From the human T2T-CHM13v2.0 reference genome, Homo sapiens, in NCBI RefSeq assembly GCF_009914755.1, contig NC_060947.1: 64,000 nucleotides of DNA. The stretch is one strand, 5' to 3'. The notes beneath the pieces were generated by a model. That model was given only the letters and a program-made list of their open reading frames with translations. It was not told where the DNA came from and searched no databases. Below are positions 1 to 14,200 of this stretch, in pieces. The position numbers and the translations under genes were made by a program. Positions within the stretch are counted from its first letter, which is position 1, and every line of letters begins with the position of its first letter.

Positions 1-180
1 CATTTTATAGTAACTGAAATAGTATAATTGGATTGTTTGTAATACAAAGGATAAATGTCTGAGTAGATAGATACCCAACATTCCATGGTATGACTATTAC
101 ACATTGCATGCCTGTACCATAATGTCTGATGTACCTCATAAATATGTACACCTGCTATTTACCTACAAAAATTAAAAATT
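1..180 (+). mobile_element. L1MA-type LINE-1 3' end
   Basis: ggattgtttgtaatacaaaggataaatg...acattgcatgcctgtacc...cataaatatgtacacc...aaaaattaaaa resembles the L1MA 3' terminus; same family as 33400-33538. Confidence 0.8.
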
Positions 181-1189
181 TTGAACAATATGCTTAGTTC
201 ATATTAACCAAGGGTGGATATAAATTTTAGATATACTATAAATTTTTTGAAATGTTAATGTAGTGAGTCTGACTTTGTATACAAAATCTATATAGATATG
301 ATGTCAACAGGATTTCACAGGAAAAGTTCAATTAAAAAAAAGAAGTTGGCTTTTTGTGGTGGTTGCTGTTTTGGTTTGAGCATTACCAAGTAGTCGGCTC
401 TATGAAATCCAAACGAATCCACCAAGTCATATCAATATCACAAATTTATTTAAGCTCTGGTAGACACAAGAGAGTAGAGCATGGACTTATTAACTATAAT
501 TTTATATTATTTAAACATTAGATGATCAAGTGAAATACATTTGAGAATGCAACAGCCAACTATCAAATCAAAACATGATGAATAAGTTTGTTCTATTAAT
601 ATTTTATTGAAAATAGTGAGTTATCTTAACCTCTTTTAGATTTGTAATTAATGCAGAAAGGAAAGGGAAAATACAATTACAAATAAATGTTTAGTTATTT
701 AAGCAAACATGTACATACACATCTGTCTAAGCATATTTAGATGAACTAAATCCAGATTTAGAAATACAGCCTTTGAAGAACCACCTGAATAAATGTTTTT
801 CTACACCTTAAAATATACTTTATTACCCAGAGGAATATGATGAAACTAATGCTTAATGAAACTACTTACTCCCTCCAAAATGTGCCTACATTTCAATTGT
901 ATAAAAATGCAAAAAATCTATTTTCACTTTATTGTTACATATTTTAAAAGTACTAAGTATTTGAAGGGCACTGAGCATTTAACTTTAACCTTAACATCTC
1001 CCTTTTTGCCAGTTAGAAAAGTGATATGAACTTTTTATTGAGTTGTTGCACCCCACTGATTTCCTGAAATACTCAAAATGTCATGTATTTTGTAAATTTT
1101 AATATTTTGTTAAACGACTAGAATTACTCTAAAATGTCCTAAAGCAACACTTGGAAATCATCCTTCACCAGAGATAAGAAGTGTTCATG

Positions 1190-1999
1190 AGTTCTCTATT
1201 CTGTTCCATTGGTCTATGTGTCTGTTCTAGTACCAGTACCATGCTGTTTTGGTTACCGTAGCCTTGTAGTATAGTTTGAAGTCAGATAGCATGATGCCTC
1301 CAGCTTTGTTCTTTTTGCTTAGGATTTTCTGGTCTATACAGGCTCCTTTTTAGTTCCATATGAATTTTAAGATAGTTTCATTTTTAATTCTGTGAAGAAT
1401 GTCAATGGTACTTTAATAGGAATAAGCATTGAATGAATAAATTATTTGGGGCAGTATGGCCATTTTCACAATATTGATACTTCCTATCCATGAGCAAGGG
1501 ATGTTTTTTCATTTGTTTGTGTCCTCCCTGATTTCCTTGAGCAGTAGTTTGTAGTTCTCTTTCAAGAAGTCCTTCCTTCCTTCCTTTGTTAGCTGTATTC
1601 CTAGGTATTTTTCTCTTTGTAGCAATTGTGAATAGGAAATCATTCATGATTTGGCTCTTTGCTTGCCTGTTGTTGGTGTATTGGAATGCTAGCGACTTTT
1701 GTACATTGATTTTGTATCCTGAGACTGCTGAAGTTGCTTAGCAGCTTAAGAAGCTTTTGGGCTGAGATCATGGGGTTTTCTAGATACAGGATCATGTCAT
1801 CTGCAAACAAAAACAATTTGACTTTCTCTCTTCCTATTTGAATACGCTACATTTTTTTCTCCTGCCAGATTGCCCTGGCCAGAACCTCCAATACTATATT
1901 GAATAGGAGTAGTGAGAGAGGACAGCCTTGTCTTGTGCTGGTTTTCATGGGGAATGCTTCCAGCTTTTACCCATTCAGTATTATATTGGCTGTTGGTTT
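1190..1999 (-). mobile_element. L1PA/L1PB ORF2 fragment, antisense (inverted 5' part of a probable twin-primed L1)
   Basis: ttctctattctgttccattggtctatgtgtctg...gtagtatagtttgaagtcag...ttccagcttttacccattcagta is typical antisense L1 ORF2. Confidence 0.9.
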
Positions 2000-2260
2000 G
2001 TTCTCACTTATACATGGGAGCTGAATGATGAGAACACATGGGCACATGGGTGGGAACAACACACACTGGGGCCTGCTGGAGGAGGAGGGTGGTGGGAGGG
2101 AGAGCATCAGGAAAAATAGCTAATGGATGCTGGGCTTCATACCTAGATGATGGGATGATCCATGCGACAAACCACCATGGCACACGTTTACATATGTAGC
2201 AAACCTGCACATCCTGTACATGTACCCCTGAACTTAAAATAAAAGTTGAAGAAAAAAAAG
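1998..2260 (+). mobile_element. L1PA13-16-like 3' end with A-tail
   Basis: gttctcacttata...gagaacacatgg...gagagcatcaggaaaaatagctaatg...aacctgcacatcctgtacatgtacccctgaacttaaaataaaag + A-tail. Confidence 0.9.
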
Positions 2261-2374
2261 ATCATACAAAAAGCCCTGGCTGACTTGAGTACTAGTTTGT
2301 GCACAGAGATGATGGTATTTCAGAGCAAATGTACTGAAATCTTCCATCCTCAATACACTACAAAAATTTTCATA

Positions 2375-2700
<326 letters not shown>

Positions 2701-3369
2701 TTAGAGTCAATATTCAGAATAATTAGAAACTTAACAATAAAGCAAATTTCTCTACCACGCACAATAAAAGAAATATCCATGAGGAATAATAGAATAAACC
2801 GTAAGTCAATTCCAGAAAGAGCTCTGCCTTTTTGAGTAATATATTGATACTTAAGTATCACTAAAACTGTTCGAAGGCTATATTTAAATATCCAGAATCT
2901 TTAAATACTATTTATTCACTGCCAGCATCACTTTATTATGAATTCTAGAGGTAGTGTACAACCTGAAGTATCACAATTATGCAAAAAAAATTATAATAAA
3001 ACTGAGAAGGAGTCAATAACGAAACATTCAAAGAAACCCAGCCAGTTACAGGACAGGCTATTTTGTACGTCTTTAAAAATACGCTACTGCATTGTTATCA
3101 ATTTCTAAATTCCCAGTCTGAAGCAATGTAAAATTTACGTAGTTGTTTATCATTTTAAATGTTTACATGATAGAAATATTTTTAAAGTTCAATTCTCTCT
3201 CATGTTCAAAGATAATGGAACCTTTCCCTCAACTTTGCTCGGGAATCTTCACTAATTAAAATTTATATTTCTGGTTCATTATTGTTATTTAAATTTAAAG
3301 GAAAGAGTTGATAAATTGGTACATATTTATAATATAATTTATTCATTAATCATTGGAGAGGTATTGTGC

Positions 3370-3600
3370 TAAGAGTGAAAGAGTACAAAATCTTGAGCCA
3401 TGGGCAATGACTTAAATCCTGTTTCTTTTGCTTAATTAGCTCTTTGGCCTTAGAAATTTATTTAACCTCCTGATTTTCAGTTTCTTCATTAAATACTTGA
3501 TGAGTATTTGAATTAAAGTAACAATACTTACTTTATAGGGTTGCTGTTATAATTAAATAAAACATTGCAAGGCATGCAGCAGACACTGTATTTGACATTT
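3370..3600 (+). mobile_element. MIR (diverged)
   Basis: ttaaatcctg...cttaattagct...tttaacctcctgattttcagtttcttcatt...cttactttatagggttgctgt resembles the MIR core. Confidence 0.65.
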
Positions 3601-3699
3601 ATGTGGCTTTTAAAAAAATGTCATTAATCCTTTATTAAGGGCCACCTCAACACACTTGTGATTTATTTTGTTCATGGGTTAATGCACACTCAGATAAAA

Positions 3700-3950
3700 T
3701 TGTAGAAAATACTAAACATATAGAAAACATTAAAAATAAAAATCACGCAGGTATAATCATTGCTAAAATGGTGGTGTGATACAGTGATTTATTACAATCA
3801 TTTTATTATTTGATGTCTTCCTTTTTTTAACTTAACATTATACCATGAGCTCTTCCAATGTCATTAACTATTTTTTGATATTTTGATTTTTAATGGTATA
3901 TTCCACTGTATGCCTTCCATTGTATTTTGATTTCTTTGAGTAAATTAACA
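3700..3950 (-). mobile_element. possible ancient L1ME 3' fragment
   Basis: ttttttaacttaacattataccatgagctcttccaatgtcattaa...tttttaatggtatattccactgtatg resembles antisense L1ME. Confidence 0.45.
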
Positions 3951-3970
3951 TTTGGAATTATGTGTTCATT

Positions 3971-4318
<348 letters not shown>

Positions 4319-6805
4319 CTATTTTTACATGTTTCACATCAGTTTAACTGTGGTGGTAATCATTTAAATTTTGCAGGAGCTATAGTACATCAATGAACTT
4401 ACATTCATATACTCTGTTGTTTTTAAATGATAGAGTTTAAGTTCTACCATATGCAATAAAATATTTTGTCTACACAAGTGTACAGTTATATTTTCAATGT
4501 GCATGTCTTGCTAGAACACATTTAATAGTAATCGTTGCCATATTTTGAAACTATATTAATCCATATTTTATGAAATACTATTATAGTTTATCAAGAGAAA
4601 AATGATGTTTTGTTTAACATAAATTACTTGATCATGTTAGTCTATTGAGCAACAGTTTGTAACCCCCTGTGAATCAACAGAATTTCTAAACAGCTAAATG
4701 AGTCACTGTTACTGAGGTTGCTCCTTTGAGGTGCCATTACAAAACTGTAACTCTTCACTGTATGCAAAAGTAATTAGGTGATCTTACTGATCATTATAGC
4801 ATTAGGGTAGGAGGGAGAGAGAAGATAATTTTTTAAATGTCATGAAATTTAATACTGGGAAACCTGCATATTTTAGCTTTATTTCAGCTCAATTTTCTAA
4901 CTATGCCTACCCCAGGGTACTCCAGCATAATATTTTTACCTTCCAACTCTCAAACAGCTCAGTTGGTGAGAAGATTGTTAATAACCATAATGAGTTATTC
5001 TCTGTCATAATCTAAATCTATCTTCTCAAGTCCAATTATTTTTGATGAATATATTCTGCTAACTTGAGCTTGAATGGAAGCACTGTTCTATAATGAATTA
5101 ACTATAGACATAGAAACGGTATTATGGGGAATGCATATTAGAACATAAATAAGAAGAGAGAAAAAAGAATAAACACATAGATATGATTCATTTGAAGGCC
5201 TCTTTTTAAAAAATTGACATTTTTAAATTGAATTGTAAAGATAAAGAATATCTTTGACGAGTTTTTATAATTTATAGAAATTACCTTACATTGTTTTCAA
5301 ATTGATGACAGAGCTAACTGAAAGGTTTTTGTAAAACCAGAATTAACCTTTACTTTTTATTCCTGGGCACAATACTGAATGAAGCACAGAATGAGTGTTT
5401 TAAATTAGCTCTCATTTGTTTTGATGACTGTTTTTTTCTGGGAAGAGCTTGATCACATGCTTACAATTTCCATTTATGTATTATAAGGAGCAATGTATGG
5501 CTGCTCTGTTTACTTTGTGACTTTGGCCAGGATACACAAACCTAATTACTATTTTCCATTAAGTTTTTAATTGCTATTAAATTAGTATTTTAGTAAATTA
5601 AAATTTAATTTATAAATTTAAGGTAAATAACACTTTAAAATAAAATAATATTTAGTAATTAAATATCAAATTAGTATTAAGGGAGATGAATTGGTGAAAA
5701 AATATGAAGTTGATATTTGATGATATAATAAGATGTAATAAAAGTGTGTGGAGTTTGTTGGAGCATAACTCAAAATTGTATGCAAAGAAAGCAGTCTGCG
5801 TTCTTTATTAACTATTTGGCATAATAAATATTGCAGGCTTACTTGAAGTCCCAGATACAAGAATTGCCGTAATGAGTCAGAATGATGTCGATTCTAAAAG
5901 AAAAGTGGTGCTGTATATGATCCAGTAATTTTATTTGATTTAGGCTAGGTTTAATAGGAATCCCTACTGAGAACTTGCTTATATTTATTGCAAGCTTCAA
6001 CAGTTATTCACCACTATCACCATTCCTCAACCTTCCACCCTACTTCCTATGTTCTCAGCCTTTCTCTGCCACTAGGCTCAGTAGGAAGGAAGGATAAATG
6101 GCAAATGTTGGATGGGACCAATATTTAATAGGGTTGGTTAAATAGAATATTTGAAAATCGTAATATTAAACAAATGAACAATGAAACAATAAAATTTTCA
6201 AACTGTGTTTGATATGTGGAAAAAATAACTAAATTAGGCCTTCAAATTAAACTTGATTATATATGTGTAGATAAAATGTAGAATGAATTGTAAATAACAT
6301 TCTGAAATGTGACTTAAAATGTCCTCTTTAACATTCTAATGCTGATTACATTAATTGTAATGTAGATTACAGTCGCTGTGTGCTCTCATTAGAAATAAAG
6401 CTTAAAAACTAAGTCATGTCACTATGAAACTTCTTATTGCAAATTATAAATCAGAAGTTTCTCTGCCATAGTCATTGATTTTATCAGAGTTGAGAGCAGT
6501 TCTTAGTAGGCACGTCTTATGTAATGGATGTGAGCAGCGGAAAACTAGTAAATACATCTGAGAATTGCCCAGTTGTGGCTTATATTCTAAAGAGCAGGAA
6601 GAAAAGTAATAAACTGCTTGACTGTCTGACTGCTGATGACCAACTGCAAGACTGGTTGAATTTTATGAATTTATGTCTAAAATATAGGAGTACATTTTTT
6701 CAGCAGCCAAAATGTTATTACTATTTTATTTGTGTAGTATCTTAACTATCCTTTAATCTCATCAAATAGTGAAAAGTAAATTAGAAAAGTGAAAGGCAAT
6801 TTTTA

Positions 6806-7163
<358 letters not shown>

Positions 7164-7384
7164 TTAGAGAATTAATTCATATTATTTTTCAGAAAAGATC
7201 TGAATGCAAGCTGTGATGAAATTCTGAAAAATTTTATTCTAACTTGAAACCAAAAATCATTCTACCTTCTGAATATGAATTGAATGCTTTTGAATGGGGA
7301 ATGTACCACAACGCATGTTGTCCTTACTATCCCACAAGAGCAAATGGTAGTTAGACAAACACTGTGTTAGGAATGAGGAAAGTA

Positions 7385-7500
7385 GGGTTCTAGGCCTGCC
7401 TTTGCCATGATTTTTGAGCACTTGGGGAGGTGACTTTACTTTGCCTTGGTTTTCTATTCTGTAATATTACTAGATGACCCCTTAGGTGTCTTCAGTTCTT
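7385..7500 (+). mobile_element. MIR3/MIRc-like fragment
   Basis: gggttctaggcctgcctttgcca...cttgggg...ccttggttttctattctgtaa...actagatgaccccttaggt. Confidence 0.55.
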
Positions 7501-9592
7501 TTCAAGAAAGAAAAACAATCTTCAATTCATTTTAAGGGAATTGGTTTTGGAGGAAAAGCAATTGACCTGACATTTATTGAACAGTCCATAATAAAGTAAA
7601 ATAGAAAAAATAAAGAGCTATTATTCAGCATTATTCCCTTTATAAGGTCAACTAAAAACTGACAAACTCATGCTTGAGTTCTGAGTGGACACTCATTTAA
7701 AGTATCATGAACCATGTGCAGCAATTATAGTAGGATGGTAATACATATTTATACCACAGTTCAGTTGTAAAAGAACTCTAAAGTCTTTACTTATGTTTGT
7801 AAAGAAATCAAAAAGCTATTTTAACCAAAAATCTTTTAAATAATTTTAATTACATAGACACTTCCATATTTATTTCATAAATACCCATTTTGTCTTTAAA
7901 TTTTGCCAGTTTCATAGAAATAATAATAATAGAGTGTAACATAAAAATAAGGTAAAGTTTTGTAAGATCCTAATGTAAAGAAAATACTATAGGCTTTTCA
8001 TAATTATAAATATGTGCTTAAGATGAGAATAACAGAGGCAGTCATGAGAATGTAAATTAGTCCTTTTTTATGCAGATTATCTTAGCTAAAATTGAACATT
8101 CCCTATTCCACAGAGAAAACTACAGTTTAAATGCATGTTCATGCAAAATAAGGTAGTTTTTAATGCTGTTAGGTATGATTCGTGTGCCTCATTTAAGACT
8201 GAATGGCTTTTCCCGGCAGAATTGTAGTATTTACAATGCATAAATCCTTTCTCATACTGCAAATACAGTGCAACCATTACCAACTTTGTGAGATAGGAAT
8301 CCTTCCAAATTATTTCAGTAACAATGTGGGGAGTTAAGTGAATAACTTCCTCTTTTCTTTGGAAAACAGTTTCACTTTTAAGCACTAAAAGCATTCTTGT
8401 CATGCCCTGGGAAATAAACTTCCAATGCCATTAACTGTTCTGTCATATTGCAAATGGAGAGTCTGCTATTTCTTAAAATCAAGAATGAAAGTTTCAGCGA
8501 AATTAGTGAATGGTCATCTGACTAATTCTGGGGAGAAATAGTTACATTTTCTTTATATAAAAGATGTTCACTCTGATAATTTATGTTCAATTTATCAAGA
8601 CCAACAAATGTGAAATACCTTCTTTATGTCGTATTAGCTCAGCTTGATAATACCCAAGTGCTAAGTTAATTACCGTAGTTATTAGAGTTTCATGGAGTAG
8701 AAACATGAAAATCCTTAGCCACAATTTAAATCACATTTTTAGGATGCTTATATATCTCCCAATACATGAAGAGAATATTTAGAAGACAGGAGAGCAATAA
8801 TTCATTTTTTCAAAATAATATAATAAACCCGTCAGTTAATTTTCAATTATTGAAATGCCCTTCAAGTATTTTTAATATTGTCATCTAGTGGAATTAATTT
8901 AATTGTTGTTTCCTCATATCGAGTGCACAGGCATGAAGTGATTAGACTTACTAATTACTGGGCTAAGTAGTTGTTTATGTGATTTCAGTTATTGCACATA
9001 CATTTACAAAAATTTGTTTTTGACAGGTAGTCAACTATATTAGATGTTTTGAGAGGTAGATGTTCTGCATTTGAAGATTACAAAAAATACTGTGTGTTTG
9101 GTTGGTAGTTTTTTTCACTTAACCCTTAGAAGTTTGGTTCAGCAGGCTAACATGAATACTTCAAAACTGAAAACATTTTGGAAAAAATGTCTCAAACATA
9201 CGGTAATGCTATTATATGACTGTAAAAGTGCGCTGCTTTTGGTATTTTAGATAAGTTAAATATTCCAGAATGCTTAAAATATAAGAAAAACAAGTATGCC
9301 GTTTTTCATCACTTCATTCTATTTGGTTTGCTATATTATTTTATTTGAAATCAATCATACTATACATATATAGTTACTTAAATTTGGGCATATGCATGTA
9401 CGTGTAAGATAATTTTATGAGTACATTATGTATGTAAATAAACAAATGCATAGTTTGAATATATCATGGATAATTTAATTATTTCATCTATGCCAATCTA
9501 GTATTACAGGCTATGTTTTATTTCTATTTTGTTATTAATTAAATTACACACTATTTAAATATTTTAACACCTTTCAGGATTTGTTTTTAATT

Positions 9593-9665
9593 TTTAATAA
9601 TTTTTATATGGTGAAAATTTACTAATTTAAATTTTAAAAATTTAATAATTTTTATATGGTGAAAA
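9593..9665. repeat. 25-bp perfect direct repeat (2 copies, 48-bp period)
   Basis: tttaataatttttatatggtgaaaa at 9593-9617 and 9641-9665. Confidence 0.9.
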
Positions 9666-10130
9666 ATTATTATAAATTATTGAAAATAAGGTGATGTGCA
9701 AAAATAGACTTTGTGGTCTTTTTCACTTTTGTCTTTTACCTTAGGCTACAATTGACTTTATAAAATAATATATTATCATAGGTTCATTAGTAAAGTGTGA
9801 GCTTATTATTCAAAAGACTGTTGTCTACTATTATGTTTGTGTAGACTTATGACTGAAATGACTGATTGTATAACTATAGATTAAATTCAATTGTTACCAT
9901 ATTTACTTACTAACTCAACTTCCTCATTCTTCCCAAATTCCAACAAATATATTTTCAGAACACAATGAATCCAATTAGCTACACAGGTAAACTATACCAG
10001 TCTTTGGGGTCTGATCTGTTTTGTTGTTCCTTAACTTGACTCATCATTTCAACATATTGAAGCTTGTGACTCCTAGTATCATGCACTGACAAAAACTAGT
10101 TGGTCTTCCTAGAACGGAATTTTGTAGGTT

Positions 10131-10135
10131 ACCTG

Positions 10136-10205
<70 letters not shown>

Positions 10206-10210
10206 CTGGG

Positions 10211-10278
<68 letters not shown>

Positions 10279-10296
10279 TATATATACATATATATA
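10131..10296. repeat. compound microsatellite [ACCTGG-GTG-(TA)n-(CA)n] x2
   Basis: Read directly from the sequence. Confidence 0.97.
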
Positions 10297-11270
10297 GGTG
10301 CTCCAGGGTTGGGTTCATGTATATTTAAAATCATTACATCCTCTTGCTGAATTGACCACTTCGTCATTATGCAGCGACTTTCTTTGTCTCTTATAGTTTT
10401 TGTCTTGATACCTATCTTGTCTTATATAACTGTTCTGCTCTTTTTTTTGATTTTCATTGGCAGGTATATTTTTGGCAGATATATTTTTCTATCCCCTTAT
10501 TTCCTGGCTATGTGCCTTCATAGGTGTGTTTCTTTATAAGTGTGTTTCTTTTAGACAACAGATCAATGAGTCTTTTTTTTTTTCAATCCATTAAGCCATT
10601 CTATGTCTTTTCATTGGAGAGTTTAGTAAATTTACATACAATGTTATTATTGATAAGTAAAGACTTGCTCCTGCTGTTTTGTTATTAGTTTTCTTGTGGA
10701 TTTGTGGCTTTTTCTTTCTTTTTGCTTTCCTGTATTTTGTTTATTGAAGGTGATTTTCTCTGGTGACACAAATTAGTTTCTTGTTTTTAACTTTTTGTGT
10801 ATTCTTTGTATGCTTTTGGTTTGAAATTACCACGAGGCTTGTAAATATCATCCTATAAGTGATTATTTCAAGCTGATAATAACTTAACACTGTTTGCATA
10901 AACAAAAAAAGCACACAAAAAGAAAAGTAATAAAAACAATGCCTTAATTTTGTTTGCCTGTTTTTTTACTTTCTGTTGTTTCTATTTATATCTTATTGTA
11001 CTGTCTATGTCTTGAAAGTTGTTGTAGTTATTATTTTTTATTGCTTCATCATTTAGTTTTTTACTTAGGAAAACAGTAGTTTATATTCTACAGTTACAGT
11101 GTTATAATATTGTTTTATCTGTGTAATTACTACTAGTAGTAAATTTTATACTTTCAGGTGATTACTTAAGGCTTATTATCTTTCTTTTCTTTCTGACTGA
11201 AATATTTCCTGTAGCATTTCTTGCAGGGCAGTTCTGGTATTTATTATATTCTTTAGCTTTTGTTTTGTTT
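10291..11270 (-). mobile_element. L1MA/L1M1-type fragment (ORF1 end, inter-ORF, ORF2 start), antisense
   Basis: ggtgctccagggttgggttcatgtatattt...tcttgctgaattgacc is the antisense endonuclease start; 10740-11110 is the reverse complement of the family at 23530-23890. Confidence 0.85.
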
Positions 11271-14200
11271 TCGTTGGATGATGTTGGTCTCATAGAATTA
11301 GTTGGGGAGTTGTCCCTCCTTTTCCATGGTTTGGAATAGTTTCAGAAAAAGTAGTAGCAGTTCTCCTTTGTACCTCTGGTAGAATTCAGCTGTAAATCCA
11401 TCTGCTCCTAGACTTTTTTTGGTTGGTAGGTTATTTGTTACTTTCTCAATTGTAGAACTCATTATTGGTCCATTCAGAGATTCAACTTTTTTCTGGTTCA
11501 GGCTTGGGAGGGTGCATGTGTCCAGAAATTTATCAGTTTCTTCTAGATTTTTCTAGTTTATGTGCATAGAGGTGTTTATAGTATTCTCTGATGGTTGTTT
11601 GTATTTCTGTGGAGTCAGTGGTGGTATCCCCCTTATCATTTCTGAATATGTTCATTTGAATATTCTATTTTCTTCTTTATTAGTCTAGCTAGTGGTTTCT
11701 CTATTTTATTAATTTTTTTCAAAAAACCAGCTCCAAGATTAGTTGAGTTTTTGAAGAGATTTTTTTTTTTCTATCTTTTTCAGGTCCACTCTGATCTTAG
11801 TTATTTCTTGTCTTCTGCTAACTTTGGGGTTTGTTTGCTTTTGGTTCTCTAGTTCTTTCAGTTGTGATATTAGAATGTCAACTTGAGATCTTTCTAGTCA
11901 ATGTGGGCATTTAGTGCTGTGAAATGTTCTCTTAACATTGCTTTACCTATGTCCCAGGGATTCTGGTACGTTATCTTTGTTCTCATTAGTTTCAAATAAC
12001 TTAATTTCTGTCTTAATCTTCTTATTTACCCAGGAGTCATTCAAAAGCAGGTTGTTCAATTTCCATGTAGTTGTATAGTTTTGAGTGAGTTTCTTAATTT
12101 TGAGTTCTAATTTGATTGTGCTGTGGTCTGAGAGATTGTTTATTATAATTTCAGTTCCTTTGTACTTGCTGAGGAGTATTTTACTTCCAATTATGTGATC
12201 AGTTTTATAGTAAGTGCCATGTGGCAAAGAATGCATATTCTGTTGTTTTTGGGTAAAGAGCTCTGTAGATATTTATCAGGTCCACTTGATCCGGAGCTGA
12301 GATCAAGCCCTGAAAATTTTTGTTAATATTCTGTCTCAAAGATTGATCTAATATTGTCAGTGGGGTGTTAAAGTCTCCCACTAGAGTTGAACAATGAGAA
12401 CACATGGACACAGGGAGGGGAACATCACACACTGAGGTCTATTGGGGGATGGGGGGCTAGGGGAGGGATAGCATTAGGAGAAATACCTAATGGAGATGAT
12501 GAGTTGATGGGTGCAGCAAACCACCAAGACACGTGTATACCTATGTAACAAACCTGCACGTTCTGCACATGTATCCCAGAACTTAATGTATAATAAAAAT
12601 AAATAAATAGATCTCTCACTATTATTGTGTGGGAGTCTAAGTCTCTTTGGAGGTCTCTAATAATTTGTTTTATGAATCTGGGTGCTCTTGGATAACTAGC
12701 TCTTCTTGTTGATTTGAAGCCTTTACCATTAGTAATGCCCTTCTTTGTCTTTTTTGATTACTGTTTGTTTAAATAATCTTTTTTTCAGAAACTAGGATTG
12801 CAACCCCTGCTTTTTTCTGCTTTCTATTTGCTTGGTAATTTTTTCTCTATCCCTTTATTTTGAGCCTATGTATGTCTTTGCATGTGAGATGGTTCTCTTG
12901 AATACAGCACTCTGGTGGGTCTTGACTCTATCCACCTTGCCATTTTGTGTCTTTTAATTGGGGGATTTAGCCCATTTACATTTAAGTTTAATATGGTTAT
13001 GTATGAATTGGATCCTGTCATCATGATGCTAGCTAGTTATTTTATAGACTTGTTAATGTAGTTGCTTCATAGTTTCATTGGTCTGTGTACTTCAGTGTGT
13101 TTTTGTAGTGGATCATAATGGTGCTTCCTTTCCATATTTAGTGCTTCTTTCAGTAGCTCTTGCAAGGGAGACCTAATGGTGATGAATTCCCTCAGCAATT
13201 GCTTGTCTGAAAAGTATTTTATTTCTCCTTCACTTATGAAGCTTAGTTAGGCCAGATAAGAAATTCCGGGTTGGCAATTCTTTCTTTAAGAATGTTGAAT
13301 ATTGGCTCCCAATCTTTTCTGGCTTGTAGAGTTATCACTGAGAGGTCCTCTGCTAGTCTGATGGTCTTCCCTTTATAGGTGACCTGGCCTTTCTCATGGG
13401 CTGTCCTTAATATTTTTTTCCTTCACTTCCACTTTGGGGAACTGATGATTATGTGTCTTGGGTTTGATCTTCTCATGGAGTATCTTACTGGGGTTCTCCG
13501 GATTTCCTGAATTTGAATGTTGGCCTGTCTTGCTAGGTTGGGGAAGTTCTTCTGGATGATATCTTGAAGTATGTTTTTCAACTTGATTCCATTTCCCTCC
13601 TCTCTTTCAGGCACCCCAATCAGTTTTAGGTTTGGTCTTTTTACATAATTTGATAGTTCTCAGAGGTTTTATTCATTCCTTTTTATTCTTTATTTCTCTA
13701 ATCTTGTCTGCCTGTCTAATTTTGGCAAGATAATCTTCAAACTCTATATCTTTTCTTCTGTTTGGTCTATCCAGCTATTGCTACTTGTGGTTGAATTGTG
13801 AAGTTCTTGTGTTTTTCAGCTCCATCGGGTCATTTGTTTTTCTCTCTAAACTGGTTATTCTGCATAACAGCTCCTGGAATGTTTTATCGTGGTTCTTAGC
13901 TTCTTTGCATTGAATTGGAACATACGTCTTTAGCTCAGCAAATTTCATTATTACCTACCTTCTGAAACCTACTTCTGTCAATTCAGCCATCTCAGCCTCA
14001 GTCCAGTTCTGAGTGCTTGCTAAAGAGATGTTGTGATAATTTGGAGAGGAGGCACTGTGGCTTTTTGAGTTTTCAGCATTTTTGCATTGATTCTTTCTCA
14101 TCTCCATGAGCTTATCTACCTCGGATCTTAGAGGCTGCTGAACTTTGGATGGAGTTTTTGTGGGGTCTTTTGTTGATGTTGCTGCTTTCTGTTTGCTTGC

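Noticed and set aside
10044-10350. ORFs with YI/TH/CV dipeptide repeats
   Set aside because: Translations of a microsatellite
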